DNA from: Desulfatiglandales bacterium
GTDB taxonomy: Bacteria; Desulfobacterota; DSM-4660; Desulfatiglandales; Desulfatiglandaceae
DNA: 64,000 nucleotides
Assembly: GCA_963662465.1 (NCBI GenBank)
Contig: OY759599.1
Coordinates: 896,001-960,000 of the forward strand
Reading direction: 5' to 3'
Shown here: one piece after another, positions 28,554 through 37,458 of the stretch
How the letters are laid out: each line of letters begins with the position of its first letter
Position numbering within the stretch: position 1 is the stretch's first letter
The notes under the pieces: generated by a model
Databases searched by the model: none
What the model saw: the letters and a program-made list of their open reading frames with translations, nothing else
What the model was told of the DNA's origin: nothing
Program-made: the position numbers and the translations under genes

Positions 28554-29913
28554 AGTACTCCTCGTAGATGATAATGCCGGCTCTTTGAGAGCGTTGGATG
28601 CTTTCCTCCATGAAGAGGGGTACGAAGCTGTAACCACCACGGACCCACTGAAAGCCGAGAAGATGTTCAAAGAGGGACCCCCGTTTGACATCGTATTGTC
28701 TGACCTTAAAATGCCGGGGATTGATGGATTACAGCTTTTTCACAGGTTGAAATCCTTGGACCGGCAACTGCTTTTCATCATTATGACTGCGCACGGCACC
28801 ATTGAATCCAGTGTAAAGGCCCTGAAAGAAGGCGTATACGACTATCTGGTGAAGCCCATTAACATCGATGAACTCTCCATCGTGCTGGAAAAAAGCCTGC
28901 GGGAACGTAAACAGGCCTTGGAATTAGATGCCCTTCGTCATGTGGTCAAGGCGCAATACGGCTTTGACAACATTGTCAGTGAAAGCCCTCAAATGGACGA
29001 AGTCTACAGCATTCTGAAGGCCGTATCGCCAACGGATGCCACCGTCCTCGTGACCGGTGAAACGGGTACGGGCAAGGAGTTGGTTACAAATGCTATTCAC
29101 TACAACAGTCGCCGCAATGGCGGTCCCCTTATTTGCATAAACTGCGCTGCCCTTTCAGAGCATTTACTGGAAGCGGAATTGTTCGGGTATGTCAAAGGGG
29201 CCTTTACCGGTGCAACTACCGATCGCATCGGCCGTCTGGAAGCGGCTCACAGGGGAACGCTTTTCCTGGACGAGGTGGGGCAGATGAGTTTATCGCTGCA
29301 GGCCAAGCTGCTCCGTTTCCTTGAGGAAAGGACCTTCGAACCGGTGGGCGCCGTCAATACGCGGACGGTTGATGTTCGCATCATTGCGGCCACCAACAAG
29401 GATTTGCGGAAGGAAGTTGAGACGCGGCGGTTCCTTCCTGACTTTTTTTACAGGCTTCAGGTGATCCGTATCCCCATTCCCCCGTTGCGGGATCGTAAAG
29501 TTGATATTCCCCCTTTGGTTAACCACTTTCTTCAGAAGGCCGCAACGGCAAACAACCGCGATGTCCCCGCCATTGCGTCCGAAGCCATGGATGCGTTGCT
29601 GTCCTATTCCTGGCCGGGCAACGTTCGGGAGGTCAGAAATGTCATCGATCGTGTCGTCATTCTGGCACGCCACCACACCATTGAACTGAAAGATTTGCCG
29701 CCGGAAATACTCCCTTCAGGTCTGTCCGGTAAGGCGGATACACCCTTTATCAATTGTCTGCCCCCCGAGGGTTTAGAACTGAGACACGTTGAAAAAGAAC
29801 TCATCAAAAAAACCTTGGCGCAGTTCCAGGGCCACCGTTCCAGGACAGCCCAGGCGTTGGGTATCTCCAGAAAATCGTTATATGAACGAATGCATCGATT
29901 TAAACTGAAATGA
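28540..29913 (+). CDS. Sigma54-dependent response regulator (NtrC family)
   Basis: Receiver domain, GETGTGKE, GAFTGA, WPGNVRE, HTH. Confidence 0.95.
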   Translation: MSRFRVLLVDDNAGSLRALDAFLHEEGYEAVTTTDPLKAEKMFKEGPPFDIVLSDLKMPGIDGLQLFHRLKSLDRQLLFIIMTAHGTIESSVKALKEGVYDYLVKPINIDELSIVLEKSLRERKQALELDALRHVVKAQYGFDNIVSESPQMDEVYSILKAVSPTDATVLVTGETGTGKELVTNAIHYNSRRNGGPLICINCAALSEHLLEAELFGYVKGAFTGATTDRIGRLEAAHRGTLFLDEVGQMSLSLQAKLLRFLEERTFEPVGAVNTRTVDVRIIAATNKDLRKEVETRRFLPDFFYRLQVIRIPIPPLRDRKVDIPPLVNHFLQKAATANNRDVPAIASEAMDALLSYSWPGNVREVRNVIDRVVILARHHTIELKDLPPEILPSGLSGKADTPFINCLPPEGLELRHVEKELIKKTLAQFQGHRSRTAQALGISRKSLYERMHRFKLK

Positions 29914-30153
29914 GTTTCCTGGGAACTTGTGTATTTTGGTAACGACTTCGCCTTTCTAACGGGTAGATTTGTTACCACTCTTCCATCCTTATCTTACAAC
30001 ATACTGTTATTACAACTGATATTCGCTTTTTGGGCATTAAGGGCGGAGACGCCGAATATATTTCTAAAGTTGTTGCTGTCCGTTAAATCAGGCCTCGGGC
30101 GGGTTTTCAGGTGGATTCCCACATCGGTACGGATGCAGTTCGAATGGGGAAAT

Positions 30154-30168
30154 GTTACCAAAGGTTAC
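30154..30168. promoter_or_regulatory. Putative enhancer (UAS) GTTACCAAAGGTTAC
   Basis: 13/15 identical to 12488-12502; ~75 bp upstream of a sigma54 promoter. Confidence 0.5.
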
Positions 30169-30233
30169 AAAATAGAGTCTGAATGGGTTTGTTTTTTTTC
30201 TTAACCTACTGAAAAGTATTGAAATGTTGTTCC

Positions 30234-30249
30234 TGGCATCCTTTGTGCA
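30234..30249 (+). promoter_or_regulatory. Sigma54 (-24/-12) promoter for the ADH/ALDH/mft genes
   Basis: TGGCATCCTTTGTGCA: GG at 30235-36 and GC at 30247-48. Confidence 0.75.
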
Positions 30250-30381
30250 GTTAGAAGACGGTGATTGACGTCTGAAAAAGGAAGCTTTTCCCCTGTTTCA
30301 GGATCCGGTGCGGTATTTGTCCTTGAATAATAAGATTTTGACATTGCAGCATAATTCGAAATCCCAAAAAGGAGGAACATC

Positions 30382-31599
30382 ATGGCAATTAGTATCGAAA
30401 GAAAACAATTTCCGTTGCTTTATGTGCATCAGCATTCCCGAGGTATTTTCGGTTTCGGGGCCCACCAAATGGCGGGGCAGGAATGCCAGATGTACGGTAT
30501 CAAGCATGCTCTGCTCGTCACTACCGGCCTAAGAGGAACGGGGATCGTTGACGAGGTGGAAGGCGTCCTTAAGGCTAACGGTATTGCCGTAACCCGTTTC
30601 GAAGGGTTCACATCCAATCCCAAGGATTTCGAATGTGTGGAAGGGACAAAGGTCTACCTTGAGGCAGAGTGTGACGGTATTGTATCGGTGGGTGGCGGCA
30701 GTGCCCATGATGGCGCTAAGGGTATCCGGATTATGGTAACGAATGATGGGCCTGATACAAGCCTCAAGGATTTTTGCGCTGTTCTGGACCCTCACTATAC
30801 GACCCGCATCCCTACTTACAAAGTCGTGAATATTCCACATGTGGCAATTAATACGACCACCGGCACGGGGGCGGAGGGCACGGCTTTTGCCATCATTAAT
30901 GACTCGGACTGGGTGTACAAACTCATCCTGGTGGTCCCGGGCGTGGCGCCGTCGGTGGGTATAAATGATCCCGCATTCATGAGACTCCAACCGCCGCAGT
31001 TAGTTGCCTGGACCGGAATAGATGCCTTTTGTCATGCCATGGAGCCTGGTATCGGCCGTTTTAATATGCCCGTGGTCCATGCTACCGCTATGAGGGCAAT
31101 CAAGCTGTTGAGTGAGAATATCCGACAGGCCTATGCCAATCCCGCCAATGACGTGGCGATTGAGAACATGGCCTGGGCACAGTTCATTGCCTCCATGTCT
31201 TATAATCTGGGAGGGGGCATGGGGATGGTTCACGGTACGGCCCATATGCTGTCGGTGATCAAGGACCTTCATCATGGTTACACCAACGCTATTATGATGT
31301 TGCCGGTGGAGCGTTTTAATGCGATGGCCTGCCCTGAGAAATTTAAGGAGATCGGAGAGGCCATGGGACTGGATATCCACCATATGAATCCAGTCCATGC
31401 GACTGACGTGACACTTGATGAAATTGAGAGACTCAGAAATGATGTGGGTATTCCCCAAGTCCCGCTCAAGGAGTTCGATTTCAGTGAGGCGGACATTGAG
31501 CATACTGCCAAATGGGCTATTAATGACCTGTCAAGGGAAGCCAATCCTCGCGACATTACACCGGAACAGATCAAGGAAATTATGCGTTCCTGTATTTGA
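30382..31599 (+). CDS. Iron-containing alcohol dehydrogenase resembling Mdo/MNO nicotinoproteins
   Basis: GGGSAHD, TTTGTGAE and DAFCHAME family motifs; TTGLRGTGI and SNPKD match actinobacterial Mdo/MNO as I recall them. Confidence 0.85.
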   Translation: MAISIERKQFPLLYVHQHSRGIFGFGAHQMAGQECQMYGIKHALLVTTGLRGTGIVDEVEGVLKANGIAVTRFEGFTSNPKDFECVEGTKVYLEAECDGIVSVGGGSAHDGAKGIRIMVTNDGPDTSLKDFCAVLDPHYTTRIPTYKVVNIPHVAINTTTGTGAEGTAFAIINDSDWVYKLILVVPGVAPSVGINDPAFMRLQPPQLVAWTGIDAFCHAMEPGIGRFNMPVVHATAMRAIKLLSENIRQAYANPANDVAIENMAWAQFIASMSYNLGGGMGMVHGTAHMLSVIKDLHHGYTNAIMMLPVERFNAMACPEKFKEIGEAMGLDIHHMNPVHATDVTLDEIERLRNDVGIPQVPLKEFDFSEADIEHTAKWAINDLSREANPRDITPEQIKEIMRSCI

Positions 31600-31630
31600 T
31601 TGACTGATCATTTTGAGTTTGACCTTAATG

Positions 31631-31659
31631 CCATCTATCCTGGGAGGATGGATGGTTTC
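31631..31659 (+). terminator. Hairpin after the ADH gene (terminator or stabilising stem)
   Basis: CCATCTATCC-TGGGA-GGATGGATGG followed by TTTC. Confidence 0.5.
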
Positions 31660-31689
31660 AAATTAAACGTTAGGGACAGGAGGAATTAG

Positions 31690-33165
31690 ATGGATTACAA
31701 AGTGCTCATCGGTGGTGAATGGATGTCCGCTGAAAGTGGAGAGACGATTACGATTATTAATCCGGCTAACGGGGAGGTGGTTGGGACCGTTCCCAAATGC
31801 GGCGATGCTGAAGTGGAAAAGGCCGTTGCCGCAGCCCAAAAGGCCTTTCCCGGTTGGGCGGGCAAAACCATGACCGAAAGGTCCAAAGTGCTCCTGAAAA
31901 TGTCCCAACTTATCATGGCGCACCAGGAAGAACTCGCCACTCTGGAAACCCGGGAGCATGGCTCCCCAATCCGTAAAACCATGAATTTCGATGTGCCCCT
32001 TTGTGCCGAACAATTGGAATTTTTCGCCGGGGCCGCACGGGGCTTAACCGGTGAGACCCTTCCCGTGGGTCCCTGGTGCATTTCCATGACCGTCCGGGAA
32101 CCCCTAGGGGTTGTGGGACTTATCACTCCGTGGAATTTTCCGGCCCTCATGGTGATTTGGAAAATGGGGGCAGCCCTTGTTACGGGCAATACCTGCGTCA
32201 TCAAACCGCCTTCCATAGCGCCGTTGACGGCTTTGAAGCTGGGGGAAATCGCCATGGAGGCAGGTGTGCCCGCCGGGGTAGTGAATGTGATCACCGGTCC
32301 GGGAGAAACAGTCGGTGAGGCATTGGTCCGGCACCCGGAAGTGGCGAAGATCGGTTTTACCGGGGATACCGCCACGGGTAAACGGATCATGAAAGTGGCC
32401 AGCGATACTGTAAAGCAGGTGGGTCTGGAGTTGGGTGGCAAGAACCCCTTTCTGATCATGCCCGACGCGGACGTGGATGCCGCGGTGGAAGCAGCGGTTT
32501 TCGGGGCCTTTTTTAATTCGGGACAGGTTTGTGCATCTCCCAGCCGATTTTATATCCATGAGTCCCTGTACGACGCCTTTGCGGAAAAATTCGTGGCCGG
32601 CGCCAAACTCCTGAAATACGGAGATCCCACAGATATGGCAACGGTCATCGGCCCGGTGGCCTATGGGGAGCACCGGGATAAGATCGAAGCCTATGTTCAG
32701 GGAGCAAAGGCGGCCGGCGCCAAGGTTCTACTGGGTGGAGAGAGACCGGATACGCCGGATACCAAAGACGGCTTTTTTGTGCTTCCCACCATCCTGGGCG
32801 AATGTACCAATGACATGGTAATCATGCGGGAGGAGGTCTTTGGTCCCGTGGTGGGACTCTCCCGTTTCAGTTCGCCGGAAGAAGCGCTGGCCCTGGCCAA
32901 CGACACGCATTACGGCCTTTGTGCATCCGTCTGGACCAAGGATGTTCGTGCCGGCCTGGCCATGGCCGGCCAGATAAAGGCAGGGACCGTGTGGATCAAT
33001 GAGCATCTCATGATTTTCTGCGAGACGCCCTGGGGGGGATGCAAACAATCGGGATGGGGAAAGGATCTTTCCACCATGGCGCTCGATGAGTATACCACCA
33101 CCAAGCATATCTATGTGGATCTCATCGGACAGCCTGAAAAGCCGTGGCATGCCCTCATGAAATAA
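31690..33165 (+). CDS. NAD(P)-dependent aldehyde dehydrogenase
   Basis: TPWNFP, FTG, LELGGKNP, GQVC and EEVFGPV motifs. Confidence 0.95.
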   Translation: MDYKVLIGGEWMSAESGETITIINPANGEVVGTVPKCGDAEVEKAVAAAQKAFPGWAGKTMTERSKVLLKMSQLIMAHQEELATLETREHGSPIRKTMNFDVPLCAEQLEFFAGAARGLTGETLPVGPWCISMTVREPLGVVGLITPWNFPALMVIWKMGAALVTGNTCVIKPPSIAPLTALKLGEIAMEAGVPAGVVNVITGPGETVGEALVRHPEVAKIGFTGDTATGKRIMKVASDTVKQVGLELGGKNPFLIMPDADVDAAVEAAVFGAFFNSGQVCASPSRFYIHESLYDAFAEKFVAGAKLLKYGDPTDMATVIGPVAYGEHRDKIEAYVQGAKAAGAKVLLGGERPDTPDTKDGFFVLPTILGECTNDMVIMREEVFGPVVGLSRFSSPEEALALANDTHYGLCASVWTKDVRAGLAMAGQIKAGTVWINEHLMIFCETPWGGCKQSGWGKDLSTMALDEYTTTKHIYVDLIGQPEKPWHALMK

Positions 33166-33172
33166 CGCCAAA

Positions 33173-33234
33173 CAACGGATTCCGGATGGCGAATGGGTTA
33201 ACGACCTGTTCGTTCATCCGGGGTTGTTCCGTTG
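33173..33234. other. Long imperfect hairpin between ALDH and mftA
   Basis: Nested pairing CAACGGA/TCCGTTG, CCGGATG/CATCCGG and GCGAATGGGT/ACCTGTTCGT. Confidence 0.6.
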
Positions 33235-33284
33235 CCCAAAATAACTTGGAAATTACATTTTATAGACCGGAGATTTAACGAACA

Positions 33285-33407
33285 ATGGAAAATCAAGAAA
33301 AGAATGTGAAGACAGACCACAAGGAAAACAGTCCGGAAGATATTTTTGCCACCCAGGAAATTGAGATCGAGGAAATGGCCATTGATGGGATCTGCGGCGT
33401 TTACTAG
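33285..33407 (+). CDS. mftA: Mycofactocin precursor peptide (40 aa; not in ORF track)
   Basis: MENQEKNVKTDHKENSPEDIFATQEIEIEEMAIDGICGVY*; C-terminal IDGxCGVY signature; GGAG RBS; directly before mftBC. Confidence 0.95.
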   Translation: MENQEKNVKTDHKENSPEDIFATQEIEIEEMAIDGICGVY

Positions 33408-33429
33408 CCGTTCTTTGGAAGGTTGAACC

Positions 33430-33711
33430 ATGATAGCAAGTGCGACAAACAGTAGAAGGTATATCCTGGAATCCGGTACACAAGTGCGCAATGAGGATTT
33501 CGGGCTGCTTTTCTATACCATGAAGGGACCGCGGCTCTATTTTCTGTCTTCCGGCCCATGGCTGGATGCGGCATTCTTCCATGGTGACCGGTCACTGGAT
33601 GAGTGGTTGCAAACGGAAAATCAGGCGGGTTTGATGTCTCAAGATCGTATGGAAAAAATACAGGGAAGCTTGGATCGGCTTAAAGACAAGGGAGTTATCA
33701 TTGAGTGCTAA
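33430..33711 (+). CDS. mftB: Mycofactocin chaperone (PqqD-like RRE)
   Basis: VRNEDFGLLFY...RLYFL; 93 aa; lies between mftA and the radical SAM gene. Confidence 0.9.
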   Translation: MIASATNSRRYILESGTQVRNEDFGLLFYTMKGPRLYFLSSGPWLDAAFFHGDRSLDEWLQTENQAGLMSQDRMEKIQGSLDRLKDKGVIIEC

Positions 33712-34720
33712 TATGGCCAGGATGGGGCTTCGGGCTCCCGTGAATGTGACCTGGGAAGTCACATTGAAATGCAATCTCCATTGCGTTCACTGCCTTTCGG
33801 ATGCGGGGATTCCCTCCAAAGACGAATTGACCGCTCCGGAATGTCGAGCCCTGGTGGATCAATTGACATCCCTCCGGGTGTTCCAGGTGAATATCGGTGG
33901 GGGAGAACCTTTTATCCGTCCTGATTTTCCGGATCTGCTCACCTATTGTCATGAAAAGGGGTTGGTCACCTGCGTCAGCACCAACGGCATGCTCATTGAC
34001 GACAACCTGGCCCGTCAGTTATCCCGTCTGAAAATGCTCTATCTACAAATAAGTCTCGATGGCGCCACGGCAGACGTGAATGATCCCATACGGGGTGAAG
34101 GAACCTACCCAAAGATCTTGAACGCTGCCGATTGCCTGGCGCGTCATGGGGTGAAGTTCAGCATCAACACGGTTTTGACCCGAACCAATTATCCACAACT
34201 GGATGATCTTCGGAAACTTGCCGGCGGTTACGGGGCTGAGCTGCGGGTTTCCCGATTTCGGCCGTCGGGCCGGGCCAAAGAGAGCCGGGAATCCCTGGGG
34301 CCGGAGAAATGGCAGTTGGAGGCTTTTGCCGAGTGGCTGGAAGGGCATGATCTGGTGCGGACCGGGGATTCCTTCTTTTGCCTCACTTCCGAGCATCGGC
34401 GCCGAAAGGGCCTGGATATGTGCGGCGCTGCCAAGATGACCTGCTGCATCTCTCCCACAGGGGATGTTTATCCCTGCGCTTTCTTGCAGGAACCGCCGTT
34501 TCGGGTGGGGAACGTTCGGGATGTGTCCTTTAAGACCATGTGGGATCAGGCCCCGGTTTTCAAAGAACTTCGCAACCTGAATGTTGAGACTTGCGTGACC
34601 TGCGAACGATTTGAGTTCTGCCGGGGGGGGTGTCCGGCCATGGCCTATCACACTTACCAGGACATCAACATGCCGGACCCGGAATGCCTTGTGAATATCA
34701 AACATTTCAATTTTGCTTGA
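33701..34720 (+). CDS. mftC: Mycofactocin radical SAM/SPASM maturase
   Basis: APVNVTWE..CNLHCVHCLS, VFQVNIGGGEP, RFRPSGR, GLDMCGAAKMTC, DVYPC, CRGGCPA and PDPEC. Confidence 0.95.
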   Translation: MSANMARMGLRAPVNVTWEVTLKCNLHCVHCLSDAGIPSKDELTAPECRALVDQLTSLRVFQVNIGGGEPFIRPDFPDLLTYCHEKGLVTCVSTNGMLIDDNLARQLSRLKMLYLQISLDGATADVNDPIRGEGTYPKILNAADCLARHGVKFSINTVLTRTNYPQLDDLRKLAGGYGAELRVSRFRPSGRAKESRESLGPEKWQLEAFAEWLEGHDLVRTGDSFFCLTSEHRRRKGLDMCGAAKMTCCISPTGDVYPCAFLQEPPFRVGNVRDVSFKTMWDQAPVFKELRNLNVETCVTCERFEFCRGGCPAMAYHTYQDINMPDPECLVNIKHFNFA

Positions 34721-34745
34721 TTATAGCTATGAAGATGGCTATTAT
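34717..34745 (+). promoter_or_regulatory. Putative TA promoter and operator
   Basis: TTGATT-N17-TATTAT overlapping near-palindrome ATAGCTAT-GAAG-ATGGCTAT. Confidence 0.5.
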
Positions 34746-34759
34746 GGGGAACGCTTTCG

Positions 34760-35059
34760 ATGCAGGAGATGCGCTTTATGCAAAAACAATACTCAATAGC
34801 CGAAGCTAAGAACAAGCTCCCTGCCATTATTCATCAAGTAGAGAAAGGGCCTTTCGTGGAGCTTACGAGGAGAGGAAAACCGGTTGTGGTTTTGTTGTCC
34901 ATCGACGAATTCAAGCGGCTCAGTCTTTCCAATTCGGGTTTCTGGAAAGCTCTGACAGCTTTTCGTGAAACGCTCAATTCAGAAGGGACGGTTGTTTCAG
35001 ATCAGGATTTCGAAGGGCTTCGAGATTCTTCCCCCGGACGGGAAGTGGATTTGAACTGA
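34760..35059 (+). CDS. Phd/YefM family antitoxin (start may be 34778)
   Basis: SIAEAKNKLPAII..VE.G..VELTRRGKPVVVL. Confidence 0.9.
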   Translation: MQEMRFMQKQYSIAEAKNKLPAIIHQVEKGPFVELTRRGKPVVVLLSIDEFKRLSLSNSGFWKALTAFRETLNSEGTVVSDQDFEGLRDSSPGREVDLN

Positions 35060-35481
35060 TGAAATTTCTTCTTGACACCAATGTGTTGTCGGAACCTTTA
35101 AAATCTGAACCTGACCCATCCGTCCTTTCCATGTTGAAAAAGCACCAGTATGAAATTGTGACGGGTGCGCCGGTCTGGCATGAACTTCAGTACGGTTGCC
35201 GTCGTCTTCCGCCATCACGAAAACGCAAGGAGATTGAATTTTTCCTCGATGAGGTTGTGAAAAAGAACCTGATCGTTCTTCCCTACGATGACCGGGCTGC
35301 CGAGTGGCATGCAAAAGAGAGGGCGAGATTGTCGCAGAAGGGAATGTCGCCCCCATTTGTGGATGGTCAAATTGCGGCCATTGCCAAAGTGAACGATCTG
35401 GTTTTGGTAACCCGCAATGTTAAAGACTTCCACCATTTTTCGGAATTGATAGTTGAAAACTGGCACGGAAAAGAAAGATGA
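35059..35481 (+). CDS. vapC: PIN-domain VapC toxin
   Basis: FLLDTNVLSE, DGQIAAIA and LVTRNVKDF motifs. Confidence 0.92.
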   Translation: MKFLLDTNVLSEPLKSEPDPSVLSMLKKHQYEIVTGAPVWHELQYGCRRLPPSRKRKEIEFFLDEVVKKNLIVLPYDDRAAEWHAKERARLSQKGMSPPFVDGQIAAIAKVNDLVLVTRNVKDFHHFSELIVENWHGKER

Positions 35482-35514
35482 TTTCATGCCGTGCGATTCG
35501 GAATGACAGGGAAA

Positions 35515-37458
35515 ATGTTTGATCATCTGTTCACCCCCATCACCTTTGGAACAAAGGCGCTTGCCAATCGCATCTGTTTCCTGGCGCATCGCACCAATTT
35601 CGCCCGGAAAGGCCGGCTGGATGATCGCCATGTGGCCTATTACCGGCGTAGAGCCGAGGGCGGCTGTAGTCTGATTGTCGTCGGGGAACTGGCCATTCAT
35701 GAAAATGACCGTCCGTGGGATGCCATGATCGAGGCTTACGGTTCTCATGTGGTGGAAGACTTTCAAAAGCTCACCCTAGCCATTCACGATTTCGACACCC
35801 GGATATTCGCCCAGTTAAACCATCACGGTTTCCAGGGAAGCGGCGCTGTTACCCGGCATGCGGTATGGGGACCTTCAGCCCTGTCGGATATCGCTTTCGG
35901 CGAGACGGCCAAACCCATGGAGCCGGAAGATATGGCGGCTGTCATCGAAGCCTTCGGGCGCGCCGCGATCCTGGCTCGGGAAGGCGGATTTGACGGCCTT
36001 GAGATCGATATGGGGCCCGAATCCCTGCTGCGCCAGTTTCTCTCTCCCTTGAGCAATCATCGCCGGGATGAATACGGCGGCAGCCTGGAAAACCGAATGC
36101 GGCTGCCCCTTGAGGTCCTGGAAGCGGTGCGGAAGATGGCGGGGGACGATTTTACCATGGGTGTCCGCCTGTGCGCCGACGAAAAGTTCTGGGGCGCCAT
36201 AGCCCCGGAGGAGTCCTGTGAAATGGCACGGGTTTTCGAGACTGAGGGTCGCGCTCAATTCATCAACGTGGCTGTGGGAACCTACTACAATCTTCACCTT
36301 TCAATGCCTTCCATGCACACCCCGTTCGGTTTCACCATCGATACGGCGGCGCAGATCAAATCCGCCGTGACCATTCCGGTGATCGCTAGCCACCAAATTG
36401 ATACGCCCCAAATGGCCGAAGATATCCTGCAAAAGGGCAAAGGCGACGCCATCGGCCTCATCCGTAACCTCATCTGCGATCCGGACTGCCCTAAAAAGGC
36501 CCTGCAAGGCCGTACACGGGATATTCGCTATTGCGTGCGGGACAACCAGGGCTGCATCGGCCGCATCAACCAGTCCAAAACCTTGAGCTGCGTCCAGAAT
36601 CCCGCGGTCGGTTATGAAAATTCCGCAATCCGCAATCCGCATTCCGCATTCCAAAAGCTCGTCATCGTCGTTGGTGCCGGTCCCGGGGGGCTTTCGGCCG
36701 CTTTAAGCGCCCGTAAAAAGGGACATGATGTGTCTGTTTACGAAAAGGTGGACCGGGTGGGAGGCCAGATGAACCTCCTGGTAAAGGGGGCGGGCCGCGA
36801 GGGCATGGGTGAAATAATCCGCTATTTGTCCCATCGTCTGGAACAGCTCCAAGTTCCGATTATTACAGGAGTTACGGCAACGCCTTCATGGATTCAGGAA
36901 AAGAACCCGGATGTGGTGATCGTGGCTACGGGATCAAGACCCATCGAAAGGCCCGTTCCCGGAGACTACGGTCCGCCCCTGGTGCAGAATGTGTGGGATG
37001 TGATGGCGGAAAGTTACCCGGTGGGAGACAAGATCCTCTTTATCGATGAAAACGGGGGGCACCATGCCGCCGCCACCGTGGAAAGAATGGCCGACCAGGG
37101 GAAACAGGTGGATATGGTCACCAGCGACCTGTTTATCGGCATCGAGCTGGGGCCCATCGGGGATCTGTACCTGACCCGGCAGCGACTGCTTCAGAAAGGG
37201 GTGACTTTCACCACCGATGTGGTGGTGGATGAAATCAGCGGAAACAGGGTGAAGGCAAGGAATCTTTACACGAACAGCGTAATTGTTTTTGAGGGCTATG
37301 ACACCATTGTTCTGGATATGGGGAATCGGGTGGATGACGATTTGTACCGCCGATTGAAGGGCCGCGTGAAGGAACTCCACCGGGTGGGAGACTGCGTCGC
37401 GCCCCGGGGCATCGGCATGGCCGTTTACGAAGGACAAAAGGTGGGAGAAGAACTGTGA
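35515..37458 (+). CDS. Mycofactocin-system FadH/OYE family flavoprotein 1
   Basis: TIM-barrel OYE motifs (RRDEYGGSLENRMR), VVGAGPGG FAD domain, VGDCVAPR; located in the mft operon. Confidence 0.88.
   Translation: MFDHLFTPITFGTKALANRICFLAHRTNFARKGRLDDRHVAYYRRRAEGGCSLIVVGELAIHENDRPWDAMIEAYGSHVVEDFQKLTLAIHDFDTRIFAQLNHHGFQGSGAVTRHAVWGPSALSDIAFGETAKPMEPEDMAAVIEAFGRAAILAREGGFDGLEIDMGPESLLRQFLSPLSNHRRDEYGGSLENRMRLPLEVLEAVRKMAGDDFTMGVRLCADEKFWGAIAPEESCEMARVFETEGRAQFINVAVGTYYNLHLSMPSMHTPFGFTIDTAAQIKSAVTIPVIASHQIDTPQMAEDILQKGKGDAIGLIRNLICDPDCPKKALQGRTRDIRYCVRDNQGCIGRINQSKTLSCVQNPAVGYENSAIRNPHSAFQKLVIVVGAGPGGLSAALSARKKGHDVSVYEKVDRVGGQMNLLVKGAGREGMGEIIRYLSHRLEQLQVPIITGVTATPSWIQEKNPDVVIVATGSRPIERPVPGDYGPPLVQNVWDVMAESYPVGDKILFIDENGGHHAAATVERMADQGKQVDMVTSDLFIGIELGPIGDLYLTRQRLLQKGVTFTTDVVVDEISGNRVKARNLYTNSVIVFEGYDTIVLDMGNRVDDDLYRRLKGRVKELHRVGDCVAPRGIGMAVYEGQKVGEEL
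36622..36652 (+). repeat. 7-bp tandem repeat (TCCGCAW x4) inside the OYE1 coding sequence
   Basis: TCCGCAA TCCGCAA TCCGCAT TCCGCAT TCC encoding SAIRNPHSAF. Confidence 0.8.

Noticed and set aside
31695..32459. Long antisense or alternate-frame ORFs (also 10886-11713, 13382-14227, 58437-59195, 59638-60609 and others)
   Set aside because: Shadows of well-supported genes on the opposite strand, with no motifs of their own
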